From a virus, in IMG/VR virus record IMGVR_UViG_3300019752_000005, positions 1 through 64,000 of that record: a DNA stretch of 64,000 bases; one strand, written 5' to 3'. The translations under genes and the position numbers were made by a program. Below the pieces are notes generated by a model. That model did no database searches. It saw only the letters and a program-made list of their open reading frames with translations, and was not told where the DNA came from. Of this stretch, positions 7,164-16,113 are shown in pieces (within the stretch, counting starts at the first letter, position 1; every line of letters starts with the position of its first letter).

Positions 7164-9636
7164 GATGGAGCTGCAAGATATCGAACGGATATATTTCCAT
7201 ATACTAAATTATATTAAACAGAAGGAGAGTAAGAAGAGAATATCATTACTATCTGATAAGCAAGTTCAACAAGTTAACAAGGGTACGCACATTGACTGTA
7301 CCCCGTTAGCCGTGGGTTTTGGTTTAGATAAAAAGTTATCCTTACTTAGATTGGCTTTAATAAAGCAAGCTTACGTCACTTCTTGTGATGAAGATACACT
7401 GATTAATTATGGAATAGATGTCTATGATAATGGTTTACCAGTTAAAGATGAACTAAATCAGCTTAATGAACTTTTATTTATGGATAGTATTGATTTAGAT
7501 GCCATTAACGTATTAACCAAGCAATTATTTAATGAAACATATAAATTAGTTTCATTTCACACGCCGCACACACCATTCCTGACTGAAGAGTTTGTGTGTT
7601 CACTAACCACAGCTTGTGTTGACAATACATCAAAATATCCATTACTAAATCAATTTAGCGATGGATACTTAGAATGCCTATTACCAGAAAAACAAGCTGA
7701 TGATATCATTAGTAAAGCTAAAATCATTCTTTGTAAAGAAAGGCTACCATTTGATTTAGAATTAAATGTATCAGCAAAAGGATTCCCTAGCTTAAGTAAT
7801 GGGCAGCCTTGTGCAGAAGAAATTTATGACTTCTTGTCTGGGGATAAAGATGTTTCTGCAACAAGTAAGAATAAAGCTGATTTATTTCGTGTTAATGTTG
7901 ATGATTTATCAAACTTAAGAAGTGATATTGATAGTTTATTACAAAAAATAAACTTAACTGCTGATTATCCTAAGTCAGCAGGGGCAACACAACACCTTTT
8001 TTCAGTGAAAAGCATACCTAATTCAACAGTGTTTGCTGATATGTGTTTGATTTCATTAATGCTAAACCTCACTGTAGATAACAAGAAGTGCATCAACACA
8101 TCTGAGCGTGTGAATAAATTAATTGATATTGGTTTTGAATCTATGGGTTTAGAAGGTGAATTTAAAGAAGAAAGGACAGAACGTATTATTTATGCTATCC
8201 ACTTCACTGGATTAATTCAAGATAACCAACAGTTACGCGAAAAAATGCTTGTCGAGTTTAATAAATGGCTTGATGGTGATGATAATTACGCAGGATTAAA
8301 ACATAACTTCACTGGTATGGGTGCTCAAGTATCTATTGCGGTTGATAGTTATATAGATAATCTTGTTAATGGTAGGATGCAATCATTTGATAATGATGAA
8401 CTAGGTCGGTGCATATTTACAGGTGAACATGTTCCTATGTCGCAAAGTATTGACAGTAAAACAGGTATGCATGGTTTAAAAGTATCTGCTTTTTCAGGTA
8501 GAGAGAATAGACCAGAGGTGTTTAATTCAGCTAAAGCGTTAACAAATGTTGGATTTATATCTATAGCAGAACACAGATTGCGTACAATAGCCCATATGGA
8601 ACAAGGCGGGAAAAATGACGGCGTTCCAACCAATATATCAATACCAGTTGGTGTAGGCGGGTTTAGTGGTTTTAACCATAATAATGGTTTTAAACATTAT
8701 TCAGTATTTGACTTAGCAAGACAAGAAAAGAAAAAAGGTAAGGTATTTGATAGTTTCGATATTCATACTAATATGATTCGTGTGGCGCGTTTTGAATTAA
8801 TGCCACCTAAGTTAGCGGATCAGGTTGATAAGTTAAGGTTGATTATTAATGCTGCACTACGAACTGGCAGACCCACGCATATATTCCGTGGGTTACCATA
8901 TAAAAATAAAAATTTCTTTACATATGATGCTATGCCAGCTATAATTTCAAAACTTATTGGTGGGCAATCAATTAATTTTCAGCAATGTGTTGATGCCAGT
9001 AAGAAGTTAAAGTTTGCTAGTTCAGTACTTGAATATCATGATTTGGGTTATGATGCCTTAAGCAACTATCTATCCCCTGCCACTAAGTTTCAAGCCATAT
9101 GTAAAATGTGGTGCGTTATCAGAGGTAGTGGTGATTGCGGTTTATTTAATCAGCATGAATTAAGTGTTGAAATAGAGAATGAATACAGAAAGGAAATTCT
9201 ATCTATGGGAAGTAATGATATACATGAGCTTGGAAAGAAAGCGACTCGTATACAGAAATATTGTAGTTACACTGATAGTGTGATGTATCAGCAAATGTGC
9301 TTAATGTTATCTTTTGAAGCTGCTACCAGTTGCGTTAAGGTGGGGCAGAACGAAAAAGAAAGCATCGTTAGTGCGGTGTTAAGTAAGTTAATGGGAACAT
9401 TAAAGGATAAAAAACTATTAGCATCAAGTTTTAGTCGTGAAGGTGGTTCTTTAATCCAAGAGTGTGAAGAGTTTGCTAAATTATTCACGGAAAATATATG
9501 GTTTGGTATCTGTAATGGTGGATATCCAAGCCAGAGAAAGTTAAACGGCATCAAGAATATATTTAGAATGTCATTTATTATGGAACATAAAAGACTTTCA
9601 AACGAAAGAAGAAATGAACAAGAGAACAAGGTTTAA
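7153..9636 (+). CDS. cas10d: Type I-D large subunit Cas10d (Csc3)-like, HD motif apparently degenerate
   Basis: 827 aa between cas6 and cas7d. RCIFTG...VSAFSGR...NVGFISIAEHRLR parallels the central CxxC..(Y/F)SN(K/R)..R.IC..C..E..LR region of Cas10d. N-terminal FHILN resembles the H(V/I)LN helix of the HD domain. Confidence 0.75.
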   Translation: MSTKMELQDIERIYFHILNYIKQKESKKRISLLSDKQVQQVNKGTHIDCTPLAVGFGLDKKLSLLRLALIKQAYVTSCDEDTLINYGIDVYDNGLPVKDELNQLNELLFMDSIDLDAINVLTKQLFNETYKLVSFHTPHTPFLTEEFVCSLTTACVDNTSKYPLLNQFSDGYLECLLPEKQADDIISKAKIILCKERLPFDLELNVSAKGFPSLSNGQPCAEEIYDFLSGDKDVSATSKNKADLFRVNVDDLSNLRSDIDSLLQKINLTADYPKSAGATQHLFSVKSIPNSTVFADMCLISLMLNLTVDNKKCINTSERVNKLIDIGFESMGLEGEFKEERTERIIYAIHFTGLIQDNQQLREKMLVEFNKWLDGDDNYAGLKHNFTGMGAQVSIAVDSYIDNLVNGRMQSFDNDELGRCIFTGEHVPMSQSIDSKTGMHGLKVSAFSGRENRPEVFNSAKALTNVGFISIAEHRLRTIAHMEQGGKNDGVPTNISIPVGVGGFSGFNHNNGFKHYSVFDLARQEKKKGKVFDSFDIHTNMIRVARFELMPPKLADQVDKLRLIINAALRTGRPTHIFRGLPYKNKNFFTYDAMPAIISKLIGGQSINFQQCVDASKKLKFASSVLEYHDLGYDALSNYLSPATKFQAICKMWCVIRGSGDCGLFNQHELSVEIENEYRKEILSMGSNDIHELGKKATRIQKYCSYTDSVMYQQMCLMLSFEAATSCVKVGQNEKESIVSAVLSKLMGTLKDKKLLASSFSREGGSLIQECEEFAKLFTENIWFGICNGGYPSQRKLNGIKNIFRMSFIMEHKRLSNERRNEQENKV
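9205..9636 (+). CDS. cas11d: Cas11d small subunit, internal in-frame translation product of cas10d
   Basis: AAAGGA (9189-9194) 10 nt before in-frame ATG 9205 (codon 685), giving 143 aa; same arrangement as established for type I-D. Confidence 0.6.
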   Translation: MGSNDIHELGKKATRIQKYCSYTDSVMYQQMCLMLSFEAATSCVKVGQNEKESIVSAVLSKLMGTLKDKKLLASSFSREGGSLIQECEEFAKLFTENIWFGICNGGYPSQRKLNGIKNIFRMSFIMEHKRLSNERRNEQENKV

Positions 9637-9638
9637 TA

Positions 9639-10622
9639 ATGGAACAATTTAAAAAATATTTAGCTGATTTGGATGCTATAACCACAACCGTGCAAATGGA
9701 TGGTAAAAAGGAATATATACAGCCCTCACTAAAAAATGCAGCTAATTTATCTATTGTGCTGATTCGTGAAGCTATTGCACCTGTTATTTTCCGTAATGCA
9801 GAAGAAGAAATCACTGATATTGATATCAATGGTCAATCTCATGTTCGTGGTGTACCCAATAAATTTAAATATCCTGAAAAAGGTCGCGGATTGCAAGTGC
9901 TTCGTGCTTTAGGGGTTGGGGGTAAGCATTCACAAAATAAAACGGTTTTATTAAAAGGAGAAAAACCTTCTCAAGCTTATGATCTAAATACGTTGGTGTT
10001 TGGTGACTCAGTTGTACAGGATGGGCGTGTCTTATCTGTGAAGGCGGCGGTAAATTATTCTGATGCATTAAGTATTGAACGTAAAGAATTGTGTGTAGAT
10101 AGTAGTTTTCATAATGCAGCAGCAGAGGATGGTAGTCTGTTTGACTCTGAAGTAAAAAAGAATAGTAACAGCTTGTTCACACGACATTTTATCCGTCCTA
10201 ATACATTAATGGTTCAAGTGATATCAACCCGTGGTAAACTTTTACCTATGATTGGTTTGGATCACTTACTCCTTAGTATTGGTGTTGCTGGTGCTTATGG
10301 TGGGCAAACCTCTGTTACAGGAACTAATATTAAAACTCATGTTGTTGGTATTTATGGGGGTACTTATGAAAGCGCGTTATGCTCACCTTATGAGTTGGTT
10401 AAATTATTTGGTGGAGAGAATAGCTTAAGTGTTGAGCAAGTGAAGGATAAGATTCACACAGAATTAAGTGGTGTCTATCGTGACAACTTAAATAGTGATG
10501 CGGTTGAAAATCACATTACTCAATTATTACATGATTTTGATAATAACAATCTTGATAAATCTTACCAAGAAAGTAAACCTGTTATTGATAATTACTTTGA
10601 TAGTTGGTTTGGTTCTAAGTAA
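9639..10622 (+). CDS. cas7: Type I-D Cas7 (Csc2)
   Basis: KYPE..RGLQVLR, NAAAEDGSL, HFIRP and YGGQTSVTG parallel the Csc2 motifs PERL.GR.LLR, NA..E.GT, HIRP and YGA.TTRTG. Confidence 0.88.
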   Translation: MEQFKKYLADLDAITTTVQMDGKKEYIQPSLKNAANLSIVLIREAIAPVIFRNAEEEITDIDINGQSHVRGVPNKFKYPEKGRGLQVLRALGVGGKHSQNKTVLLKGEKPSQAYDLNTLVFGDSVVQDGRVLSVKAAVNYSDALSIERKELCVDSSFHNAAAEDGSLFDSEVKKNSNSLFTRHFIRPNTLMVQVISTRGKLLPMIGLDHLLLSIGVAGAYGGQTSVTGTNIKTHVVGIYGGTYESALCSPYELVKLFGGENSLSVEQVKDKIHTELSGVYRDNLNSDAVENHITQLLHDFDNNNLDKSYQESKPVIDNYFDSWFGSK

Positions 10623-11248
10623 TGAATACTATAACACCTATTAAAGCTACAACTTTAACACCATTTAGCTATCATAGCTTGATGGTGCAGGGGGGTACAA
10701 CAACATTACAGGGTGTTATATCAGACACCGCCATAATGTATGGGTTGTGCTCCACACTTGGTTTTATGCGTAACACTGTTGTATTACCTAGTAAGGATTA
10801 TAAACGCGATCTACTTAACATGCCTTTAAGAGCATCGGTGTTTACTGATGATAACCCAAGTTTATTACCGCCACTATATAGACGCATAAACTTGGAAGAG
10901 GAAGGTGGATATAAAAAGCAAGTGCAGGATACTGTAAAAAAAGGTAACCTTGGTGCTTTTCATCAAATACAGGAAGTTAATATCGGTCAAATTTTCCGCG
11001 GTGCTTTGTTTGGATTTGATATATTCCAATACACTGGATTAGATGAAGTTGTTATACGCGTGGGTCTACATCGAAATGGCATGATTAAACTTGAACGCGG
11101 TAGTGTTGATAGTGTTCGTCTTAATGCGCATACAGCTAAGTTATTTGATTGTGATTTAGATGTGGATAGGTATATGCTGCATAATATTCAATTAACATCT
11201 TGCTTATCATTACCAGATGCTAGCAATATTGTTTCTGACTGGAGGTAG
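10622..11248 (+). CDS. cas5: Type I-D Cas5 (Csc1)
   Basis: TAATG coupling to cas7; N-terminal strand plus 'ISDTAIMYGL' helix and C-terminal IRVG..R.G, as in Csc1/Cas5 RAMPs; 208 aa. Confidence 0.78.
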   Translation: MNTITPIKATTLTPFSYHSLMVQGGTTTLQGVISDTAIMYGLCSTLGFMRNTVVLPSKDYKRDLLNMPLRASVFTDDNPSLLPPLYRRINLEEEGGYKKQVQDTVKKGNLGAFHQIQEVNIGQIFRGALFGFDIFQYTGLDEVVIRVGLHRNGMIKLERGSVDSVRLNAHTAKLFDCDLDVDRYMLHNIQLTSCLSLPDASNIVSDWR

Positions 11249-11250
11249 TT

Positions 11251-11520
11251 GTGATGTCCGATAATTTAAAAGCAAGCTGGGTAAGAGAAAGTTTAGCTAA
11301 AACTAAAATGAATATGTATTTATATTCATCATCTTCAATTTTATTATTCCTGCTATGCATGTACACACCATACATGCTTATCTATTACTTTACGTTAAGT
11401 TTTGCGGCGTTAATGGTGGCTTTAACTATTTTTGTTTTTATACTGCATAAATTTTCTTGCTCATTGAGTGATAAAGAATTGTCCGCTGCTTATGAAGGTG
11501 ATAGCACTAATGACCGTTAG
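11251..11520 (+). CDS. small two-TM membrane protein
   Basis: GGAGG RBS at 11241 inside the cas5 end; two hydrophobic helices. Confidence 0.6.
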   Translation: MMSDNLKASWVRESLAKTKMNMYLYSSSSILLFLLCMYTPYMLIYYFTLSFAALMVALTIFVFILHKFSCSLSDKELSAAYEGDSTNDR

Positions 11521-11716
11521 AAAATTCCATAGAATATATTTTGGTTTTCTAATTGGTTGGGTTTTATTCTATACTTTATCTGATTTAGCGTCTTACCATA
11601 GCTTGCTTTTGCTATCAAGCATGTTGTTTTACGGTGCGCTAACCTTGTTTGTTATCTTTGTAGTTATGACAGTGTTTATTGTTGCTTTATTTTTAGTTAA
11701 TGGTGGTGATTTATGA
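11510..11716 (+). CDS. small membrane protein
   Basis: hydrophobic ORF coupled to the previous one (likely start MTVRK). Confidence 0.5.
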   Translation: MTVRKFHRIYFGFLIGWVLFYTLSDLASYHSLLLLSSMLFYGALTLFVIFVVMTVFIVALFLVNGGDL

Positions 11717-11888
11717 AATCTTTTGTTGGTAAAGTTTTATTAATAACATTTATTCTATTGTTAATTAACTTATTGGTTAATGCGTTATTCGTTGGTGGTC
11801 AAGCTGCATTTTTAGTTAGTGTTGCAGTGAATCTTTTTATTTTAGGTTATATTAGAACCTGCACTAACTTTTGGGATCGGTAACTAAG

Positions 11889-12017
11889 ATGGATGATAAG
11901 TTGTTTAAAGATTTGTTATCAAGCGTTAAGGAGGCGGGAACTATGGTAGATAAGAAATCATGTGGTGTTGCTGTAAAACGTGTTATAATTTGGGTTTACT
12001 CAAACCTAAAAAGGTGA
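11889..12017 (+). CDS. 42-aa ORF resembling the N-terminus of NadS/HigA-like antitoxins
   Basis: MDDKLFKDLLSSVKEAG; below the ORF-track cutoff. Confidence 0.35.
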   Translation: MDDKLFKDLLSSVKEAGTMVDKKSCGVAVKRVIIWVYSNLKR

Positions 12018-12024
12018 ATTATTT

Positions 12025-12491
12025 ATGATGGATTACTCTGAATCCCCTAAACAATACCTAAGTGTGTTCGCATCAAGTTTATTATTTAGCATGGTTAGCT
12101 ATAGCGTACTAAGTTCTGCTGTATCAACAGGTAGCTATATTATAGGTTTTGTTGGTGCTATTTCTCTATGCGCTAGTGGGGCGACACTGCTTTACTGTAG
12201 TTTTCACTTGGCAATATCATCTATTTTTGCTTTGGCTGAAAAAATAGATGATATTATAGATTAATGAGTTACGATATAATGAATGATGATAGATGTAAAC
12301 AGTTTAGAGTTGAAAGGGGTTTAGTTTCTATATTGGTAGCTATATTAACTTCAATAGCTATAACATGTATGATATGGTCTTTCTACAGTTTACTGGTGGT
12401 AGTGGCGATTATGCTTTTAATATCACTCTCTATCCTCGCATTAAAACATTCATTGTATCTTAACTGTGAAAATAATAACGAGTGCAAATAA
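12025..12491 (+). CDS. two small membrane proteins (12025-12264, 12264-12491)
   Basis: hydrophobic ORFs with TAATG coupling. Confidence 0.55.
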
Positions 12492-13636
12492 TTATGAATA
12501 ACATAACACCATCTAACTTACAAAATAAAGCTATCAGAAGCATCTCCCAGTGGTTTAATTACCAGAAAAAGGATAAACCCTACTTCTATTTAGCTGGTTA
12601 TGCTGGGACGGGTAAAACCTCTATTGTGAATTTTGTTTTAGATGAATTAAAGCTTAACACAAAAAAGGTTTTATTCGCCACATACACTGGTAAAGCTGCC
12701 AAAGTGCTAATGAATAAATCAGGTAGACATGTGAATACAATACACAGATTGATTTATAAGTTACAAGAAACAGAAGATGATGGTATAAGTGATGATCCGT
12801 GTTTTACGTTAAACGCTAAATCTAGCTTGGTCGATGCCTCACTATTAATTCTTGATGAGGTAAGTATGGTTGATAAAGAAATGATGCGTGATATTTTATC
12901 CTTCAACACACCTGTCTTGGTTTCAGGTGACCCCATGCAGATACCTCCAGTAAATGGAGATGCTTATTTTGAAGATAAAGAACCAGATTTCTTTCTTGAT
13001 GAAATTCATAGACAGGCTTTAGACTCTCCAATTATTTACATCTCCATGTTGGTACGTGAGAAGGGTTTTTTACCCATGGGTAAATGGGGTGATGTGGTGG
13101 CAAAGATTCCTAAAAACAAGATTAAACGTGATACATGGTTGTCTGCTGATCAGGTTTTATGTGGAAAAAATAACACTAAACGAGATACGAATAGATGGTT
13201 TCGTAATGAATACGGCTTGGAGTCAATGTTTCCTGTGAGTGGGGAAAAGATTATTTGCTTAAGAAATAATTGGAATTATAATATCGTTAATGGTACAATT
13301 GCTCATATGAGAGGTGGCGTTACAAATATGCAAGAGTGGCTATTTAGAGCTACACTTGTTGATGAAGACTCCAATTTTGTTTATGAAAATGTTGAGTTAG
13401 CAGCAACCCCGAATTACAAACCAATGAGAGAGGGTGCGCGTGCTCCTAGGGGGTTGTATAAAACAACCATTAATACTGATTTTGGGTACGCTATCACATG
13501 CCATAAATCACAAGGTAGTCAATGGGATAAAGTGTTGATTATTGATGAAGGTTTTGGTGATAGAGATATGTATGGCAGGTGGCTTTACACAGCAGTCACC
13601 CGCGCTTCTGAGAAGTTGATTATTGCTGGTGTTTAA
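12482..13636 (+). CDS. RecD/Dda-like SF1B DNA helicase
   Basis: GYAGTGKT, TYTGKAA, LILDEVSMV, GDPMQIPPV, HRQA, YAITCHKSQGSQW, LYTAVTRA. Confidence 0.92.
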   Translation: MQIIMNNITPSNLQNKAIRSISQWFNYQKKDKPYFYLAGYAGTGKTSIVNFVLDELKLNTKKVLFATYTGKAAKVLMNKSGRHVNTIHRLIYKLQETEDDGISDDPCFTLNAKSSLVDASLLILDEVSMVDKEMMRDILSFNTPVLVSGDPMQIPPVNGDAYFEDKEPDFFLDEIHRQALDSPIIYISMLVREKGFLPMGKWGDVVAKIPKNKIKRDTWLSADQVLCGKNNTKRDTNRWFRNEYGLESMFPVSGEKIICLRNNWNYNIVNGTIAHMRGGVTNMQEWLFRATLVDEDSNFVYENVELAATPNYKPMREGARAPRGLYKTTINTDFGYAITCHKSQGSQWDKVLIIDEGFGDRDMYGRWLYTAVTRASEKLIIAGV

Positions 13637-13647
13637 TTTAAATTAGG

Positions 13648-14224
13648 ATGTATATGGAATATATTAGAAATATTGTTACAAACAAGGGTAACCTTGAAAT
13701 TACTAAAAGTTTATCACTTGGATTGATGATAGCATCTGGTATTGTAGGTTTAGCTTTTATTTTTAAGTTAAAGGTTATGGTATTTGCAGTATGCTTTATT
13801 GTGTCTTATGCGTCTTACCATGTTTATGGTTTAGCAAGTAAATTATTATCACTAGATGATAGTGATAGAATGAAGTTGGTTTATGAGAGCCTAGCTAAGT
13901 TTAATTTATTAAAAGGAAAGTAAAAGTATGATCGAATATTCTATTCGTGATGGTAGTAACATCTATAACAATAATAAAAGTGAATATATTGTTGATGTTA
14001 AGCTTATTGATGGGAAATTACCCACAGAGGAGCAGATGGATGAGGTGGCAAAGGAGGTTAAATCTAAAGATAAAAACAAGCTTGTTTTCATCCTATTCTA
14101 TTTACCAGACATGATTGAATCTAATGGCGCGTTTGCTACCGCAAATTATCTACCAGAATACGAAGGGGTGGATATTAAATGGGCTGCTATTTATTGTAGT
14201 AAGTATAGTCACTTTGTTGAGTAA
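13648..14224 (+). CDS. two hypothetical proteins (13648-13923 membrane; 13928-14224)
   Basis: ORFs with AGGA/AAGG RBS. Confidence 0.5.
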
Positions 14225-14234
14225 TTAGTTTAAT

Positions 14235-14259
14235 AGCCATCGGTAACGGTGGCTTTTTT
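14235..14259 (+). terminator. rho-independent terminator
   Basis: AGCCATCG-GTAA-CGGTGGCT followed by a T-run. Confidence 0.75.
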
Positions 14260-14941
14260 ATTGATAGGAATCCTAAAATTGTACAGTAATTTATCAAAGT
14301 GTTTAGGTAAAGAGATTCTCTCTTTAGTTGAAGAAGAGTTTTTAGAGTTCAAAGGTGATATTGTATTTAGTATTGATGTTGAACATGAAACTGTGGAGGA
14401 TAGAGATTTTCTTGATATTAAAGTAATTTGTGATTTGAGTTATGATGATGATAGCTTTATATATTTAAGCTACAACACTGATGGAAAAGATAAAATTAGT
14501 GGTGAATGGAATGGTTTGGTTGATGATTATCTTGGTGGTAATTTAAGTGTATGTGATGATGAGGGTATGTATGTAGATCAGAGATTCAATACTCCATTAT
14601 CAGAAACACCAAAGTTGTGGTATAAGGGTTCGCGCGATCGAATTATTAAGATGCTTGCTTACCGTAATGTTTATAACTTTATTCAAAAGTATAATGAACA
14701 AGATATTAATATATCATTTTATTATGGTAAACGAGATAAAGTAAAAGATATTAAGCTAGAAATAGAGTACAACGATGTAAAACTGAAAGTTAACTGGAAT
14801 GACGCTGTCGAATGTTACACTGATATCAATGTCATTAGTGAGGCAAACATCGAGATAAATGGGGTTCAGTCATGGTTGTGTGATAACAAAACAACTCTTA
14901 TTGGTGCTTGGCAAAAGTTTAACGAGTTAATTGGTGGTTAG
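14249..14941 (+). CDS. acidic hypothetical protein (true start probably downstream of the terminator)
   Basis: long ORF; the track start lies inside the terminator hairpin. Confidence 0.5.
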   Translation: MAFLLIGILKLYSNLSKCLGKEILSLVEEEFLEFKGDIVFSIDVEHETVEDRDFLDIKVICDLSYDDDSFIYLSYNTDGKDKISGEWNGLVDDYLGGNLSVCDDEGMYVDQRFNTPLSETPKLWYKGSRDRIIKMLAYRNVYNFIQKYNEQDINISFYYGKRDKVKDIKLEIEYNDVKLKVNWNDAVECYTDINVISEANIEINGVQSWLCDNKTTLIGAWQKFNELIGG

Positions 14942-15006
14942 TACCGCTTTAATATAATGTTCTTATGTGTTATGAGTATCATAAATACAACTAAACAGGA
15001 ATAACA

Positions 15007-16110
15007 ATGAAAGAAATAAAGATTTACGCTGAAGTTTTGGAAAAAAGCGCATTAGAACAGTTTGAATCTGCTATGCAGCAACCCGATGTAGTTAAAGGTG
15101 CGCTAATGCCAGATTCCCATACAGGTTACTCACTACCTATTGGTGCTGTTGTGGCAACAAATAATACTATATACCCCGCATGGGTTGGTTACGATATTGG
15201 TTGTGGTATGTGTGCTTTGAAGCTTGACGGTATAGATGTAACTGCTGTAAAAAATAACGCAAAGGATATTTTTGATGTAATTTATCGTGATATCCCTGTA
15301 GGGTTTAAAATTAATACCACTGACACAATGTACTCACTTGATGGGTTAACCAGTAAAGGTGTTGAGATAGCGGAGAGTAAGAACTACAAAAAAGCGTTGG
15401 GTAGTTTAGGTGGTGGTAATCATTTTATAGAAATCGGATATGATGAACAAGATAATGTATGGGTTGTAATTCATTCTGGTAGTCGCGGTGTGGGGCATGG
15501 TATTGCTACTCATTATATGAAATTATTTCACCCAGAGGGTAAAGCTAAAGATGGTCATCATGGTAAACATGTTGTATCACAAGATGGTAAAGATTATATT
15601 CAGGATATGAGTTGGTGTTTGGATTATGCTCTTGCTAATCGTCAAGAAATGATGTTTCGTGTTGTGAACGCGATTACAGAAAGCCTTGATATGTCTTGTT
15701 ATGAAATTGACTTTAGTGAAATTATTAATAGAAATCATAATCATGCTGTACTGCAAGATGATTTATGGGTTCACCGTAAGGGTGCTACCCATGCTGAGGA
15801 CGGTATGATGGGTGTTATACCGGGGAATATGCGTGACGGTTCTTTTATTGTGCGCGGTAAAGGTAACCTAAATTCCCTAAAATCATCATCTCATGGCGCA
15901 GGTCGTGTATTAGGGCGTAAAGCGGCGCGTCGTGAACTTAGTGTTGATAAGTTTATGGAGCAAATGAATGGTGTGCAGGCACTAGTGAGTGATAAAACTC
16001 TTGATGAGTCACCTGATGCATATAAAAATATTTTTGATGTGATGGCTGCCCAATCTGAGTTGGTTGATATTGTGGCTCATATTAAACCACTGATTAATAT
16101 TAAAGGTTAG
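15007..16110 (+). CDS. rtcB: RtcB family RNA ligase
   Basis: MPDSH, GYDIGCG, GSLGGGNHF, IHSGSRG, HNH, HRKGA, PGNM, SSHGAGR, DESP.AYK. Confidence 0.95.
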   Translation: MKEIKIYAEVLEKSALEQFESAMQQPDVVKGALMPDSHTGYSLPIGAVVATNNTIYPAWVGYDIGCGMCALKLDGIDVTAVKNNAKDIFDVIYRDIPVGFKINTTDTMYSLDGLTSKGVEIAESKNYKKALGSLGGGNHFIEIGYDEQDNVWVVIHSGSRGVGHGIATHYMKLFHPEGKAKDGHHGKHVVSQDGKDYIQDMSWCLDYALANRQEMMFRVVNAITESLDMSCYEIDFSEIINRNHNHAVLQDDLWVHRKGATHAEDGMMGVIPGNMRDGSFIVRGKGNLNSLKSSSHGAGRVLGRKAARRELSVDKFMEQMNGVQALVSDKTLDESPDAYKNIFDVMAAQSELVDIVAHIKPLINIKG

Positions 16111-16113
16111 ATA

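Noticed and set aside
6444-11248. CRISPR-associated transposon (I-D CAST)
   Set aside because: No TnsA/B/C, TniQ/TnsD or transposon ends recognisable in the window
5416-12481. Canonical CRISPR array flanking the cas operon
   Set aside because: No regularly spaced direct repeats seen; the gaps are filled by small hydrophobic ORFs
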